Source of the DNA: Eledone cirrhosa
Taxonomy: Eukaryota
Reading direction: 5' to 3'
Length of the DNA: 64,000 nucleotides
Assembly (NCBI GenBank): GCA_964016885.1
Contig: OZ024749.1
Span: 620,001-684,000, forward strand
Shown: piece by piece, positions 11,928 through 25,292 of the stretch
Numbering within the stretch: position 1 is the stretch's first letter
Layout of the letters: each line of letters opens with the position of its first letter
Position numbers and translations under genes: made by a program
Notes under the pieces: generated by a model
Seen by the model: only the letters and a program-made list of their open reading frames with translations
The model's database searches: none
What the model was told of the DNA's origin: nothing

Positions 11928-12806
11928 CTGTAAGTACAACAGGCATAAGAATAATAATGGTTCATGATTTAGGCACAAACCCAACAATTTAGGGGGAAGA
12001 GAAAGTCAATTAAATTGACTACAGTCATTACTGGTACTTTATTTTATCGACCTCTTAAGGATGAAAGGCAAAGCTAACCTCAGCAGGATTTGAAATCAGT
12101 ACCTAACGAGTCGTAACTCTATGCTGAGATGCCCGACATTCACCCGATACTGGCAATCCACCGCCCTAGTTATGATAAAAATAATAAGAAGGCACAAGGT
12201 TAACATTTTCTGGGGAGAGGGGGGAGGGGGTTATTTTGACCGCAGTACAACCCTGGAAGGATTAAAAGTTGACCTTGAAATGATTTGAATATAAAGAACT
12301 TGTATAAATACTGCAATAGTATTTTATCCAGTGCTCTACCAATTTATGCCAATGAAATACTGAAACGAATCATTTCATACATGAAATTGTCAATAACATC
12401 TCCATCGTATTCCATTCTAAAGAAATTCATATTTCTATGGTAGCAATACTGTTGTTGATATAGTTCACACCTATATAGGTTTAGCTGGCCTCATATGAGG
12501 TTGCATGTCATAGGAGGTTTCTTGGGGGTTTCATTGATTGTAGCCCCACTCCATGTTTTTACAGCTCACACTCATGTAAATTTAGCTAGCCTCTTATGAA
12601 GTTGCATCTCATAATAGCTTTTAATGATTAACAAATCACAACATGAAATGAAGCATCTTGCACAAGAACACAATGTGCTACTCGGTTCAGGAATGGAGCC
12701 CACAACTTTATCATAAGTCCAACATCCTACCCTCTAAACCTTGCCCCTTCAGTTGAGGAAAGTCACAAAATAGAAAAAAAGAATTCAAGAAAGTGTATGT
12801 ACTTAC

Positions 12807-15800
12807 AGGTTTTTCTTCATCAAAATGAGGTTTTGAAATTTTTACAGCTTTTGACATCTCTTCAACTGATACCACCTTCTGTTTCTTACAACAGTTGCGG
12901 GTGGGATGAATGTAGCCATTCTTTCCAATGTTCTCCTTCTTTACCTCTTTTACCATTACTGATGTGTGGTCAACAGCATCCACTTCTATGGAATTCCTGC
13001 TACTACCACTATCAGAGTTCTCATCTCCTGAAACATCCTGTCTTTTGCAGCCCTTGCGGTGAGTGAAAATGAACTTCTTTCGACGTTTCTTCTTCATTCC
13101 CATCTGCCGAACCTCTTCTGGTTTCAAGCCCCGAAGGAGTCGAGCTTCAGTTCGCCAGTGAAGCTTTTGAAATTTACTGGAGTTTTTGTTCCGCGATGCT
13201 ATGCTTGTGCAATGGCCACTGTTGTTCCTGGTCCATCTTTTGTTTCTCGTGATCATCTGGAACCGGTTGGGTTTGAGGGATTTTCTATGGTTATTTCTTG
13301 TTGAGTTTTTCTGCTTAATCTTGAGCCATTCAGACCGTAGAAGCTTGCAATATCTTTTCAAACGCATGTGTAAGCCCCGTAGGTTCATGTTCTTGTCGAA
13401 GGCCGGCCTAGGAAACTTCTGCGCTTGCTGTGTTTCCTTCCAGCGATGAAAGTTGAGTATATTAGAAATACTTGACATGTGGCCAGCAGTAGATTCCCAT
13501 TTGTCGTTGCGTTCAACAGCAATATGAGCTTGGAGAGATTCCTCAGTGGGGAATGACATGAACAAGATGCCGTCAACTTCATCAAAGTCTGGTTCATACA
13601 GACTTGAAGTTCCCCAAGAGTATGATTTAGATTGGCTAGATTCTGGTAAATTGCTAGCTGAATCCATTTTACCGACATTAGGCTCAATTCGATGAAAGTT
13701 GTATGGTAAACTAAATGATTGCCCTGCCTTGTTTTTATTGAAGTTAGAATTAACACTATCATCCAGATAACTATTACATGCCATTGGTAAACTTTTAAAA
13801 TTATCACAGCTATGATTGTTTCCTACATTATCACTATAAACATCACTAGTATTATCAACATTATTAACAGCATTATCAACATTATCCTTAACATTAACAA
13901 CATGAAAATCAATATTATCTTTAGTAACATTATCAGTATTACCATTTGCAACATTATCAGTATTTTCATTAGCATTATTATTATTAACAATCTTATCACT
14001 ATCATGAACAACAACAGTATTACTACTACTACTGTGGCTACATCTACTTCTTGTATTATAACCAATGCCAGTTGTCTTTTGAGGAGTTCTCTCTTTTGAC
14101 TTTTTGGTTCCTTCGAAAGCATAAGTATTATCACAGAAAGGGGTTGTTTTAGCTGGTGAACAAAAGGGTCCATGCTTGGAAAGAATCCTTTTATTTCTAG
14201 AAATAGATGTATCTATATTTGAACTGACAGACTTAGTTTCTCCGGCAAGATACTTATTCAATTCGGTACTTACAAATGTGCCATCTTGTTTAGATATGGA
14301 TACTGCTTTTTCTGGTATTGATAAAATGCTAAGAGGCAATGGTTGTTTAATCACAGTGAAAGTGTTAATGGTTGAAGAAAAATTGATTGTTACAGAGGCA
14401 GTTGATGGTTGAGTCTGGCTGCTAGTGAAAGATGATGAGGCAGTGACAAGAGAATCAGGCTTACTTTCTGTTTTAAAATGACGGCAAGCTGATGCAGTAG
14501 TTGTATGATCAACTATTTTGTCTTCTCTGTCTTCAAAACTATGTGATTTATTCACTTGATGTGACTGTTGTGTTGCAGTTTTAAGTAGAGGTGCAGTTGC
14601 GAATGTTTTATGGCACTTGTCGCGTCCATCTTCGTTTTGTAAAGATGGTGAGATCTTATTTAGCAAATTCTTTCCATGATCTTCTGGCTTCTGTTTCAAA
14701 ACTATTTCCTTACCTACTACAGGTTTTTTATCTTCTACTTTGGTATCCTTCTCCAATTTAACTGGGGACTTATCCTCTAGTTTACATGTTGATCGTAACA
14801 CTTTCCTGCGATCTAAAGGTAAATTGGTAGTAGCTTTAGAATCTAGGGTGTGTTTCATTTGTTGTTTCAAAGTCTTTTGAGTTACCATTTTATCTGGTGC
14901 TTTCTTGTCTTTTTCTATATCTGACTGACATCGTCGATTATAGACTCTGGACTTCTTCACAATTTCACTCACTCTATTTGAAGCTGACTGAATTGAACGA
15001 CTAGGAAAAACTAATGGAAAAGACAAGACATCATCCTTGTAACGGATACTTGGTGAACGAATTCTGTTGCTTCTTGAAAACACTGGAATCGGTTTATTTG
15101 AAATGGTATTTTTCTGGTTTGAGGGTGGTGATGATGCTTTATTAGTTGAATTTGCTGTATTTTCTTGAGATCTGTGATGTTTTAAAGATGAAGAACTCTG
15201 TTTAGAATTCTTGGAAATTGGGTTCTCACATTTTTCTTCATCAAAAAACAATTTTTTAACTGTTTTCAGGTTTGTAGTTGTCTTTGCTCTACAAGAGTGC
15301 TGCTGTTGTTGTGGTGTTGGAGTTTTGACAGAGCTGCTATTGACTGTGCTATTGCAGTTATTTGGGATGTCGGCTGGACATTCACTTCCAGGAGAGGTGT
15401 CTATAACTATAACATCTTCCATGCACACCAAAGGCACCTTAGGACTTTCTGGGAATCGATGTAATGCCTCTGAAACATTCTTGAAGACAGGTGGACTTGG
15501 GAGGCTGCGATCTTTACCATCTTCTTTCACTTCACTAGCTGGCCAAATCATGTTATCATTCTCATAGTCTGAAGACATGAAACTTATCACAGAATGTTGG
15601 TCATATTGCAGTGACGCTTTGTTAGCACCTACTTCTTCAGGTGTCGAGCATTCAGATATTTTAGATGGAAATAAATTATAGCCGTTCACAGGCTGAATAA
15701 CAGAGCAGGAGGAACAACAATGAGATGAGAAAGAATTATTGGAGGAGTAGGCAGCAGTGGTGGTGGTTATAGGAGTGGTTGCTGTCATTGTGATGGTGGA

Positions 15801-17255
15801 AGTGGTGGTAATAGTACTAGTAGAAGTAGTGGTGGCAGAATTAAAGAACGGCTGGTCATTGTCCAGATACTGTTGAGATGGAGGAGCAGGAGGAGGTAGA
15901 AAATCAGTCGAGTTGTTCTTATACATCATATTATTCATAGCACTGCTACTACTATCACAGGTTAACAAGTTCCTTGATGTCTGGTTTGTGTGTAAATAGT
16001 TGACAGTTGACACATGGCCAGTTATGTGTTGGTGCTGGAGCTCCATGCTTCTTCTACAAGCCTTACAAAGCTGCTCTTGAAAAACACAATTATCAGAGAG
16101 GGATTGGTGAGTACAGTTCCACCTGTTTGGTTTCTCTACTTTAGGGATTAGCAGAGAGTTTGGAGACTTCTGATAGGAGCAACAGCCAGGATTTTTGTTC
16201 TGATGTTTAATTGATGGGAAAGTCTGGTGGCATGTGGTGTACTGCCAAATTTGGTATTTCTCAGAATAAAGCAGTTTTTCACTGTCCTCACTTTTAACTG
16301 CAATACAGCTACCCATTTGTTCATTTGCATTGTTATACATTAAATCATATATGTAAGCATTTGGGGCATTTTGAGGTTTTAAATGCATACTGTTGCCCCA
16401 GAATTTATTTCTCTGGGCCTCACTATGATGGTTGACATTTGATAAAGGTCGGTGTTGGCTCTTGTAAGAATTTCTCTGAAAAGTATTTGATTTGGGAAAC
16501 ATCACCTGACCTTGATACTTCATGTTTTGAGGAGAAAAATTGTTGCTGCATGACATGTCACGACAGCAAATATTTACCGAACTACCAAAAGGGACATTCT
16601 GACACGTGTTCATCGAACTATCACAATCTACATTCTGGCAACTACACAGTGAACCATCACAGTAGATGTCTTGACAAGCACTCATTGGACAGTCGCAATA
16701 TACAGCACCACATGTCCCTACAGGCCCAATACCATTTGCTGCTGCCACTGATGATGATGATGATGGTGCTAAATTGAGAAATTCGTTGCTACTCTTTGAA
16801 TTAGAATCCACCTGTAGCATATGGTTAGTCACTGAATTATTAATGTTATCACTGCCGCTGTTACTACTACTACTACTGCTGCTGCTGCTATTATTAGTCA
16901 TAGTAGTTGTAGTAGTAGTAGAAATAGTACTTGATTTCACTATAAATTCTGGACCTCTTTGAGTAGTGTTGCTAAACAAAGAGGAGTTAAATGAAGAGCT
17001 GTTGCTATAGGTGGGGCTGTTGCTAAATGAGGAGTTACTAAATGAAGTAGTGTTACTGAAAAGGGAGTTGTTCTGAGAGAAGACATGTGAACAACAGCAA
17101 CTATTAGACAAATTGTGGTGGAAATAATCTTCAACTGGTTCTTGTTTACTGGAAGTTCCTGAGAGTAAGACTGTGTTATCTTGATGTTGATGTTGTTGGT
17201 AGCTTTGTTGAAGATTTGTTTGGGGTAAAAGTACCATTTCATCATTCTCTAAGTT
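12807..17255 (-). CDS. giant 4449-bp exon of an uncharacterised, largely low-complexity, probably nuclear protein
   Basis: 1518-codon ORF with acceptor TTTTGGTTTTACAG before 17255 and donor CCT|GTAAGT after 12807, phase 0/0. It has S/T/N/Q-rich tracts, Cys-rich patches and a basic KKKRRKK NLS-like motif. Confidence 0.9.
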
Positions 17256-17319
17256 CTGTAAAACCAAAAGAAAATAAGTCTATGTTAATAAATTAGATGA
17301 AAATAGAAAAAAACTTTAA

Positions 17320-17565
17320 CCGTTTGGTTACTGTATTTCTAATGAAAGCCACTGCCAATGATTTTCAAATTATTTTGAAAATAAGTAAAGGGATTTACTA
17401 ATATAACTAATTTACTCATTATTTAGATGCTGTTTGAAGCATAAATTTAACAAACGTTCTCACATAAAATTATGAGGGAATTCTTTGCAGAAAAATATAA
17501 ACACTTTAAAACAGTTTTATATCAAAGAACCAGGAGCAGTTTCAGGTGGTTTGCTATAAAAAAGG
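17320..17565. mobile_element. decayed piggyBac-type MITE (second family)
   Basis: TTAA|CCGTTTGGTTAC ... AAAAAGG|TTAA. Related fragments occur near 60-238, 7210-7351, 25050-25290 and 52260-52490. Confidence 0.55.
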
Positions 17566-18249
17566 TTAAACTCTTCAGTGATACTGTCAATAGTTAATAA
17601 ATGTACAGATTATTATTAACATTAGTACTACAAGGCCAATCAAATAACCAATGACAGAGTAGAGTACTAGACAAACTACTTGGGATAAATCTAGTTACAT
17701 TGTCTCGCATTTTTACCTCAAATAATTCTGTTTTCCTTGGAACCACTTCAATGCGGTCTCAGGGTAAATTTAAACCCCTACATCATTAGAAGCACATCAA
17801 TGTCTGAAAGGTCATATATATGTTGTGTGTATGTTATACATATATATTGTTTCTAACATTGGCACAAGGCCAACAATGGGGTGGGGGGGGGGGTAAAGGG
17901 AAAGTTGATTGTATCAACCTCAGTACTTAACTGGTACTTGATTCTATTAACCCTGGAAAATATGGAAAGAGAAGTTGACCTCAGAACGTAAAAATCCGCG
18001 ACTAAATAATGCAAAGCATTTTGACCAACACTCTCCCAATACCTCACCAATTTATAGCAATAATGAATGGACAGTGTACACGTTATATATATATAATAAA
18101 ACAAGAGAAGGCCAGATTGGATTACGTTGAACCCAAACAAACAGAGAATGGAATCTAGGAGATAGAGAATAAATTATCTTCCATTCTATGTTTGGGTTTA
18201 ACGTAATCCTGTTACATAATTCTGAAAATAATCAGGTATATAATATATA

Positions 18250-18700
18250 TCATCATCATCTCTGTTTTACATCCATTCTTCCACGCTAGCATGGGTTAGA
18301 CGGGTTGTCTTGTTGTGCGCAGTGCCTGGTCGGCTGACCTTGTCTTGCACATACAGGAACTGATTCTGGTTTGATTTCTACAGCTGGTTGCCCTTCCTAA
18401 CACCAACATCATTTACAGTGAGTGCTGGGTGCTTTTTTTCCGTGGCGCCTACACAACCACTTTACAGTGTGGGCTGGGTGCTTTTTTGCCGTGGCACCTC
18501 CACAACCACTTTGCAGTGGGAGGGTGTGGGGGCATATTGTCTATATGCTTCATCTTCGGCTTGTTCCCATGGGAAGTCGGGTCTTCTGTATTACTGCGCG
18601 ACTCCAGAGGTCACAGTCGTGTGTCATCGCCTTTGAGAGGTGCAATTGGGTATGGTCGGCTTTTATCACCTCATCCCAGGTCTTCTTGGTCAACAACTTC
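18250..18700 (-). mobile_element. RTE LINE 3' fragment, close to the intact copy
   Basis: High similarity to 56150-56540, with one extra ~40-bp 3' UTR subrepeat. Confidence 0.9.
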
Positions 18701-19110
18701 CTGGCGAAACAGATCTCTTTGGATTTGTACGCGTGTGTTATATAGTTATAGAGGTGCGTATATACATTTTAATTTATATTTTTAATTATTGTATGCCTAC
18801 CCTGCCTTCCTTAGATTATAGATTCCATACACTGGTGGTTTTCCCTGTTTTATTGATGACACACTATCTCTCTCTAGTGTGTTACCTTTTCAACATATTG
18901 TATTTTAAAAAGCTCAGGATTCCTTTTCCTTTGAGCACATTATTGACAGGGAATAACGAGAGTCTATAGCTCCATTAATTTATCGTGATATAATATATAT
19001 ATATATATATATAAATGAAGTATTTCCATCAGGAAGGTACAGGAAAAAAGAGTGCTCTATGTAGGCTACAGAGCCTATTAGTTATGTAATAAACAATATA
19101 AGATAATTAT

Positions 19111-19171
19111 TTCATTTACCAGTGGTTTCTTGAAGACAGATGTTGTGTCTGTCTTCAGTCATCAGAATGAA
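19111..19171 (-). ncRNA. type-I hammerhead ribozyme motif (family C)
   Basis: Minus strand reads TTCATT-CTGATGA-C TGAAGACAGA cacaaca TCTGTCTTCA A-GAAA-CCACTGG-TA^AATGAA. Stem I is 6 bp, stem II is 10 bp, and stem III is short. Confidence 0.7.
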
Positions 19172-19499
19172 TAAAAAACATGGTGTTTTTATTAAATATG
19201 GATTTGAAAACAAAATTTATGAAATATGAAAGTGAGGCTGAAAAAAAAAAAAACGGGCGAAAAGGAAATAGGGGAAAAAAATAAAAAATATATATATAAA
19301 AATATAAATATCCAGAACATAAACATACACACACTCAACTACGCACATATACTAAGCGTATTTGCGTCTACATAGAAAAACGGACAGGAACATAAATACA
19401 TACACAGATATATATGCACTCAAAAATGTATACACAGATACAAGCAGTAGTTAGGAAGCAGGAGTAACTAAATAAATAAATGAGAACAAAAAAAAATAG

Positions 19500-19833
19500 A
19501 AGCTACTAAATAGTCGGTCGTCATCTTGTCTCTGATTTTCAGCCCCATGGATTTTATCTGTTTTATTTCTTTGTTATATTTTGAATACCTGATGATATCA
19601 CTGGATTCATACTGAACCCGGTCATTGAAATGATCATAGTATAATAAACCTTTCAAGGATTTACACCAGTCCAGCCTCCTGTTATTTTATAATAATTAAC
19701 TCCGTACTCGCACCACCAACTACACAAACGAAGACGGGTGAACTGCATTATGTTGAGTACTCTCCATAATATTACACCGAGATTGACCATACGGAATGAC
19801 CAGTTCTATCCAGTGGTGAACCAACAAACCTAA
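19500..19833 (+). mobile_element. solo Penelope-type terminal repeat, same family as 8613-9182
   Basis: Reverse complement of 8613-8940, ending at (TA)n. Confidence 0.75.
19585..19642 (+). ncRNA. minimal type-I hammerhead ribozyme motif (family B)
   Basis: ATAC-CTGATGA-TATCACTGG...CCGGTCATT-GAAA-TGATCA-TA^GTAT. Confidence 0.6.
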
Positions 19834-19913
19834 ATATATATATATATAAGAAAGTAAAAGTCAAAATCAAAAACAAAATAAAGTAAAAAAGGGGGGACGT
19901 GTTGACAACGATA

Positions 19914-20011
19914 CTACAGCTGAGTAAACTGGAGCAATGTGAAATAAAGTGTCTTGCTCAAGGAAACAACACATCACCCGGTCTGAGAATTGAACTCACA
20001 ACCATTCGCCT

Positions 20012-20013
<2 letters not shown>
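19914..20013 (-). mobile_element. partial copy of the CORE-like SINE
   Basis: Matches 580-670. Confidence 0.8.
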
Positions 20014-20055
<42 letters not shown>

Positions 20056-21129
20056 CACATATATACACACATATAATCATACATATATACACACGTACAT
20101 ACATACATATATATATACACGCATACATACGCACACACATATATAGATATATGTACACACACCTACATACGCACACACACAATTAATTATAAGAAAAAAT
20201 AATAATATAAAATAAAAATTAAAATAAAAAACAATGGACAACCATATGATACAAAAGGCCGTCACATCAAAATAAAAATAAAAAATAAAAACTATACGAC
20301 TTAAGAAAATAAAAATAAAAATTATTATAAAGTTGACAGCGATACAGGAAAGGACACATTCACACATATATATATATATATATATTATATAATATAGTAA
20401 TAATAATAAAATTTTGTTTCATTCTTTTCCATTTATCGTTTTCGGTGCGCCCGTAAATCGTTCCTGTGTCAGTGTTGAACAAAAGGGCGACGATGGTTGC
20501 CGAGCACTGTACGGCGTAATTCGGGCTGATTACAAATAAACCGAACATTATAATAAATGTTCGGTAAACCCATACGTACATATATATACGTGTGCATGTA
20601 TGTATATATATATACATACTACTGTGCGTCTGTACACATATATGTATGTACGTATACATTATTTATATATGTGTGTGTGTGTATATATATATTTGATATA
20701 TATTTATCTACAATTACATCTACTTGTTTATGATGTGTTATGTAATCTAAGATTATTATTTGTTATTACTATTATTTTTGTTACTATCAATAATGGTATC
20801 ACTGGTTATATTGGTGCCTATTTCGTTGGCGACTACTTGAGGATGGTATTATGGATACAGCATTGTTTGCGTTACATTAGTAGGTGTTGGGCTGGTTGCG
20901 CGTGCATTTTCAATATGACCAGTCGAGGAGATTATTACAGCCTGATGATTGCTTGATATTTCCTTTAGTTGACCTAAGTTAGGTGATATTCTGCAGGTTG
21001 AGTGTGTGTAGATAGTATTATTTATATGTTTTGGTTTACATTGTGAGTAATATTTGATGTAAGACTAGTTCCGTCTTTTTGTGGGGGGTGTTTTATCGGT
21101 GCATTTTCCACTATCCTACATTTATAGAA

Positions 21130-21300
21130 ATTCATTGAACTTAATTTTTGCTGTAGATTGATTGATGTTGAGTAAGAAAGTTTAACAGTAAAGCAGTTAA
21201 GGATTTGGTGATATTTATTGTTAGGTGGTAAGTGCTTATCTAAGATTGCAAAGAAATTTTTTAGGTATTTGTCCCTTAATCTGTATGTTGAAAGGTGTAC
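21130..21300 (-). pseudogene. Penelope-like RT thumb/linker remnant
   Basis: Hand translation with one frameshift gives PFNIQIKGQIPKKF/FAILDKHLPPNNKYHQILNCFTVKLSYSTSINL. This resembles the PLE motif PF..FL.L.DKHFP...KIFNRNTVK.SYS. Confidence 0.65.
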
Positions 21301-22131
21301 CTTTCAATTAATCTGATCCTTCAAAAGCGGATCTAGTATTTCCTCATTTTAATAATACTATTGACTTCCAAACTAATCAAAATAACTTACATTCTAACTA
21401 ACCAAATTAACTTAATGAAAATCATATTCTTCTATCTAAACTATAATAAATATTCAAAAACAATATTAAAATTTAAATACAACTCAAATTACTATGTATT
21501 AATATCAACTAACCTGAGATCATTTTAGCCTTGAAAATTTTATATCACTCAATATTTTCCCATATTGGAATTACAATCCACCTCTTCTATGACTTACAAA
21601 CCAAACAACCTATATAATTAGTACAAACTTCTTCCTCTATCCAAACTTTATTCCCAATCCTAAATCAACATTGGATCTGAAAAATAAATTATTTTCTTAC
21701 TATATATGTATTTATGTATACATATATAACCTTGATTAAGAAACAAGGCTTGCCTTCTGAATTGGGTTTTTATTAAATATTATTTATTGAACATTACTTT
21801 CTCAAGTTAGCAATACAGTAACCTATAAATTAATCTAATAGAGTGGTATGATAACCAAATGATTTCCGTATATCTAAATTAGAACACCCATGTAAAAACA
21901 GCTTTATTTATTATCAACCAAAAGCTTTACATCCCTCAATTAAGACATCTTCTCTCAGAAGTTTTATTACCACCTAGCACAAAGCACTCACCCATTTTAT
22001 GATCATCTTCTTCTTCTTCTAGCCCTCTTAGTCTACCTCTTCTTTTATCCCTCTAATTCTACCTCTTCTTCTGCTTCTTCATCCACTTACTCCTCAAAGT
22101 ATAGTGGGAGCAGGACACACACACACATACA

Positions 22132-24700
22132 CTAGCTGAATGACCCGGCATTGCCCGGGTTACTGCTGTTCTTATTCAGATTAGTAAACAATAAATATGA
22201 AGATATATTTTTGTCTCATAATTATTTCAAAATATCTATATTTTATTTTTAAATATCCAAATTGTAATGATAATAGAATTTAGAACTGAAAATCTGTCAA
22301 TCTTGAAGCACCTCAGAGTAAACAATATTCATTATGTAATTTTTGGTTCGTGTCCAAATGAATAAATTATTGCTGCTTCCAACTCGTAAGCAACCAACAT
22401 ATAGTTGGCCGTAGAAGAAGCATGTAGTAGAGAGATCAAGTCCAACTACCTTGAGGGATTGACCCTGAGATTTGTTAATTGAAATACCAAAACTTAGTTT
22501 GACTGGACACTGAAGCCTTTTAAATTTAAATGGAATAGCTGTAGGTATGAGAGGAATTTTTGGAATAAAGACATTTTCTCCTTTGTGACTGCCTGTTATA
22601 ATTGTTGCTTCTAGGACATGGGGCTTCATGGAAAGTAACAATTAAGTGAGTTCCATTACACAGGCTAGGTAGGTAAAGATTCCTAAGTAACATAATGGGA
22701 GCACACAGCTTTAGTGTCAGGTTATGTGGTGGCATCCAGTGGGTTTAAGTGTGTTCAGAAATTCAACAGAGGATTGAACAACCTGACCTTGATTGACTGA
22801 TGTGTGAGTTGATCGAAAAGTCATTTCTGACGTATGTGTTAACTTTTGAAGAAGTTCATGATCGAGTTCATCAATCATTTCATTAGTTGGATCCAGTATA
22901 ACTTTTTCACATAGCCAGTTTATATCAGTGTAATTGACAGATAAATTAGGAAATACTTTATCCATAAGATCATTAAGAGAAAGTACCATTCGATCACATG
23001 TAATTTCATGTAAGTGAATGTTAATATCTCATTACCAATCTTAAGAAGCTCCTCTCGGAATTCACCAGCTGTATGTTGCTTGTAAGATGAAGTTTTTTCA
23101 CATGTCTCCAAAGGTAGGATTTTTTTAAGCATGCATTGACCTCATCAGCTGTTGATCCTTTGGGGATAACTGGCAACATTTGACAGAAATCTCCTGCAAA
23201 AAGAACTGATACTCATCCTATGAGGCTGCTATTGTTTTTTATGTCTTAGAGGGTATGGTCAAATGCCTCTAGAGCTCCACGATGTGACATAGTGCACTCA
23301 TCCCAAACAATGAGGCAAGTTTGTTGGAGAATTGTTGCCATTGCAGAGCTTTTGGAAATGTTGCACATTTGAGATTCTTTCATTGTAAGGTTTAAAGCAG
23401 GCATGTCAAACATGTGGCCCGCGGACCGCACAAAGGCTATTACAGCACGAGCGTAATATAAAATAAAAAATATTAGTTGTAATGTGCACAATTAGTTGTC
23501 ATGTGTGGCCCTCAGACAACGCATGTGACCCATGTGGCCCTCGGAGAGCCTCAGTTTGACATGCCTGCTTTAGAAGGAGCTTGAACATGGAATGAGCCGT
23601 TCTTCCTCCATTGAGGAAGGTAGCTGCAATATCAGAAGATGCAACAACTAAGGAAATTTGATTCTAGTGGCGGACTGTAGCAAGAAGTAAATTCATTAGG
23701 AATGTCTTTCCTTACCACCAGGAACATTCAAAAGAAAACTCCCCCTCTTTCATGTTTGACTGCGTCAATGATTACATTATATGCATACCTTTGCAATTGT
23801 TGAAGCTTAGACTCATTTTCTGTGACAAACTGTGCCAGAACAACTAAATAGTAGGTAGTTTCTCAGAGAATTTCATGGCACAAATTTCGTTGTTGTCTGT
23901 TGGTAGATGGCAATCCATACTCATTTATAATGGAGTTTATTCTCAAATAATGAAGTTTATTCTCAAGCAGTATCAAAGTCTCATTGAGAATAGTCATTTA
24001 ATTGAAGGTCAAGGTTTGGATTTTCCCTTTGAGCACATTGAGAACATCCTCAATTAGTTCATGCTTGTGATTCTCCCATAGCTGTTTAGGATTGGACAGG
24101 TCACATGTGTCAAGCATTATTGCAAATAAATTCCTAAGCTGAGTGGGAGAACTTGAAACGCCAGCTTCAGTTAACTTGTCATCCCAGTGAGAATCATTTT
24201 CTAACAGTCCTTGTTTGAGATATGATTCACAATAAGTTTCACATAGTTGACCATCAACCATTCTCAGATCTTGAAAAGACTTTGGTTCTCTAACCACACG
24301 AAGTAACATGCAAAGAAAATAGCATTCAAAGTTGTTTGGATTGCAGTATAGACCTTTCCAAGTACATTATCTTTCTTAATTCCAGGCCATCCTTCAACAT
24401 ATCTCCCCCTTTCCCTCTTCTTCCACATCTTTTTAGTTTGAATCAATGTATAGAAATTTGGGACTTATTGGTAGAGTAATGTTGCAGCAAATGAGTCCTG
24501 ATTACAAGTTTTAAAGAAAGCAGTAAGTGTTGTTTCTGGAGGAGTTTGCATTTACTGCATGCTGGGTAGTTCCAGGATTGAAGATTACACACTGCCCGTT
24601 TTCTAAATGTACAGCAAGATGAACTATGTTGGATACCTTTCATGAATTGGAAAAGTGAAAAGTCTCCATGCTGCCAATATAGTGAGCCATCTGGTCACAT
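22132..24700 (-). mobile_element. decayed autonomous Helitron (RepHel, PIF1-like helicase pseudogene)
   Basis: Fragmented ORFs carry PIF1 motifs: IVWDECTM, PPHNLTLKLCAPIMLLRNL, RLQCPVKLSFGISINKSQGQSL and GQLYVG. The 3' terminus is CCCGGGCAATGCCGGG hairpin + CTAG|T at 22132. The 5' end was not found. Confidence 0.9.
23398..23567. mobile_element. hAT/Charlie-like MITE inserted in the Helitron helicase
   Basis: Perfect 14-bp TIR CAGGCATGTCAAAC/GTTTGACATGCCTG, subterminal TGTGGCCC repeats, and a degenerate 8-bp TSD GTTTAAAG/CTTTAGAA. Confidence 0.85.
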
Positions 24701-25292
24701 GCTTAGCTTTTCACCTCATTTTTTTTTTTTGTCAGTCACATATGTATATGTATGTGTAGGTGAGTGTGTGTCGCAAACACACGCATAGCTTTCCACCTCA
24801 TTTTTGCCAGTCGTCACATGTGTGTGTGTGTGCGCGCGCGTGCGTGCGTGTGTGTGTGTGTTTAATAACATACCTAACGAATGCGCAAACACAGACACAT
24901 TCATAGACAAAATGTGACGTCGTAGTCTGTGAAATGTAAAGCCACAGAAATGTTTTCAGTAAGCTTTCTGCCATGTGTTACCAATAGACAAATATCACAG
25001 CCCCCTCACACAACTCTCAGTGTCATGGCATCCTGTGTTAACCCTTTCATTACCTTATTTCTAATGAAAAACACTACATGTGGTTTTCAAATATTTTTGA
25101 CAATAACCAGCTCTCATCACTTCTGTCCAGGTCAGTCTCCCTCTACTGCAGCTTCCTCAGCTAACTAATGAAAAGCTGAGTTATTTCATTAAATTCCTCC
25201 AAATTGTTGGTGATTATTCAAAATTAATTGAAACACACAAGCAGTGTGTATTTCATGAGAAATATGGAAATAACAAAAATAGCAACACTTAC

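Noticed and set aside
19899-20956. ORFs rich in YI/HT/CV (also the His-rich ORF at 51272-51540)
   Set aside because: Translations of microsatellites.
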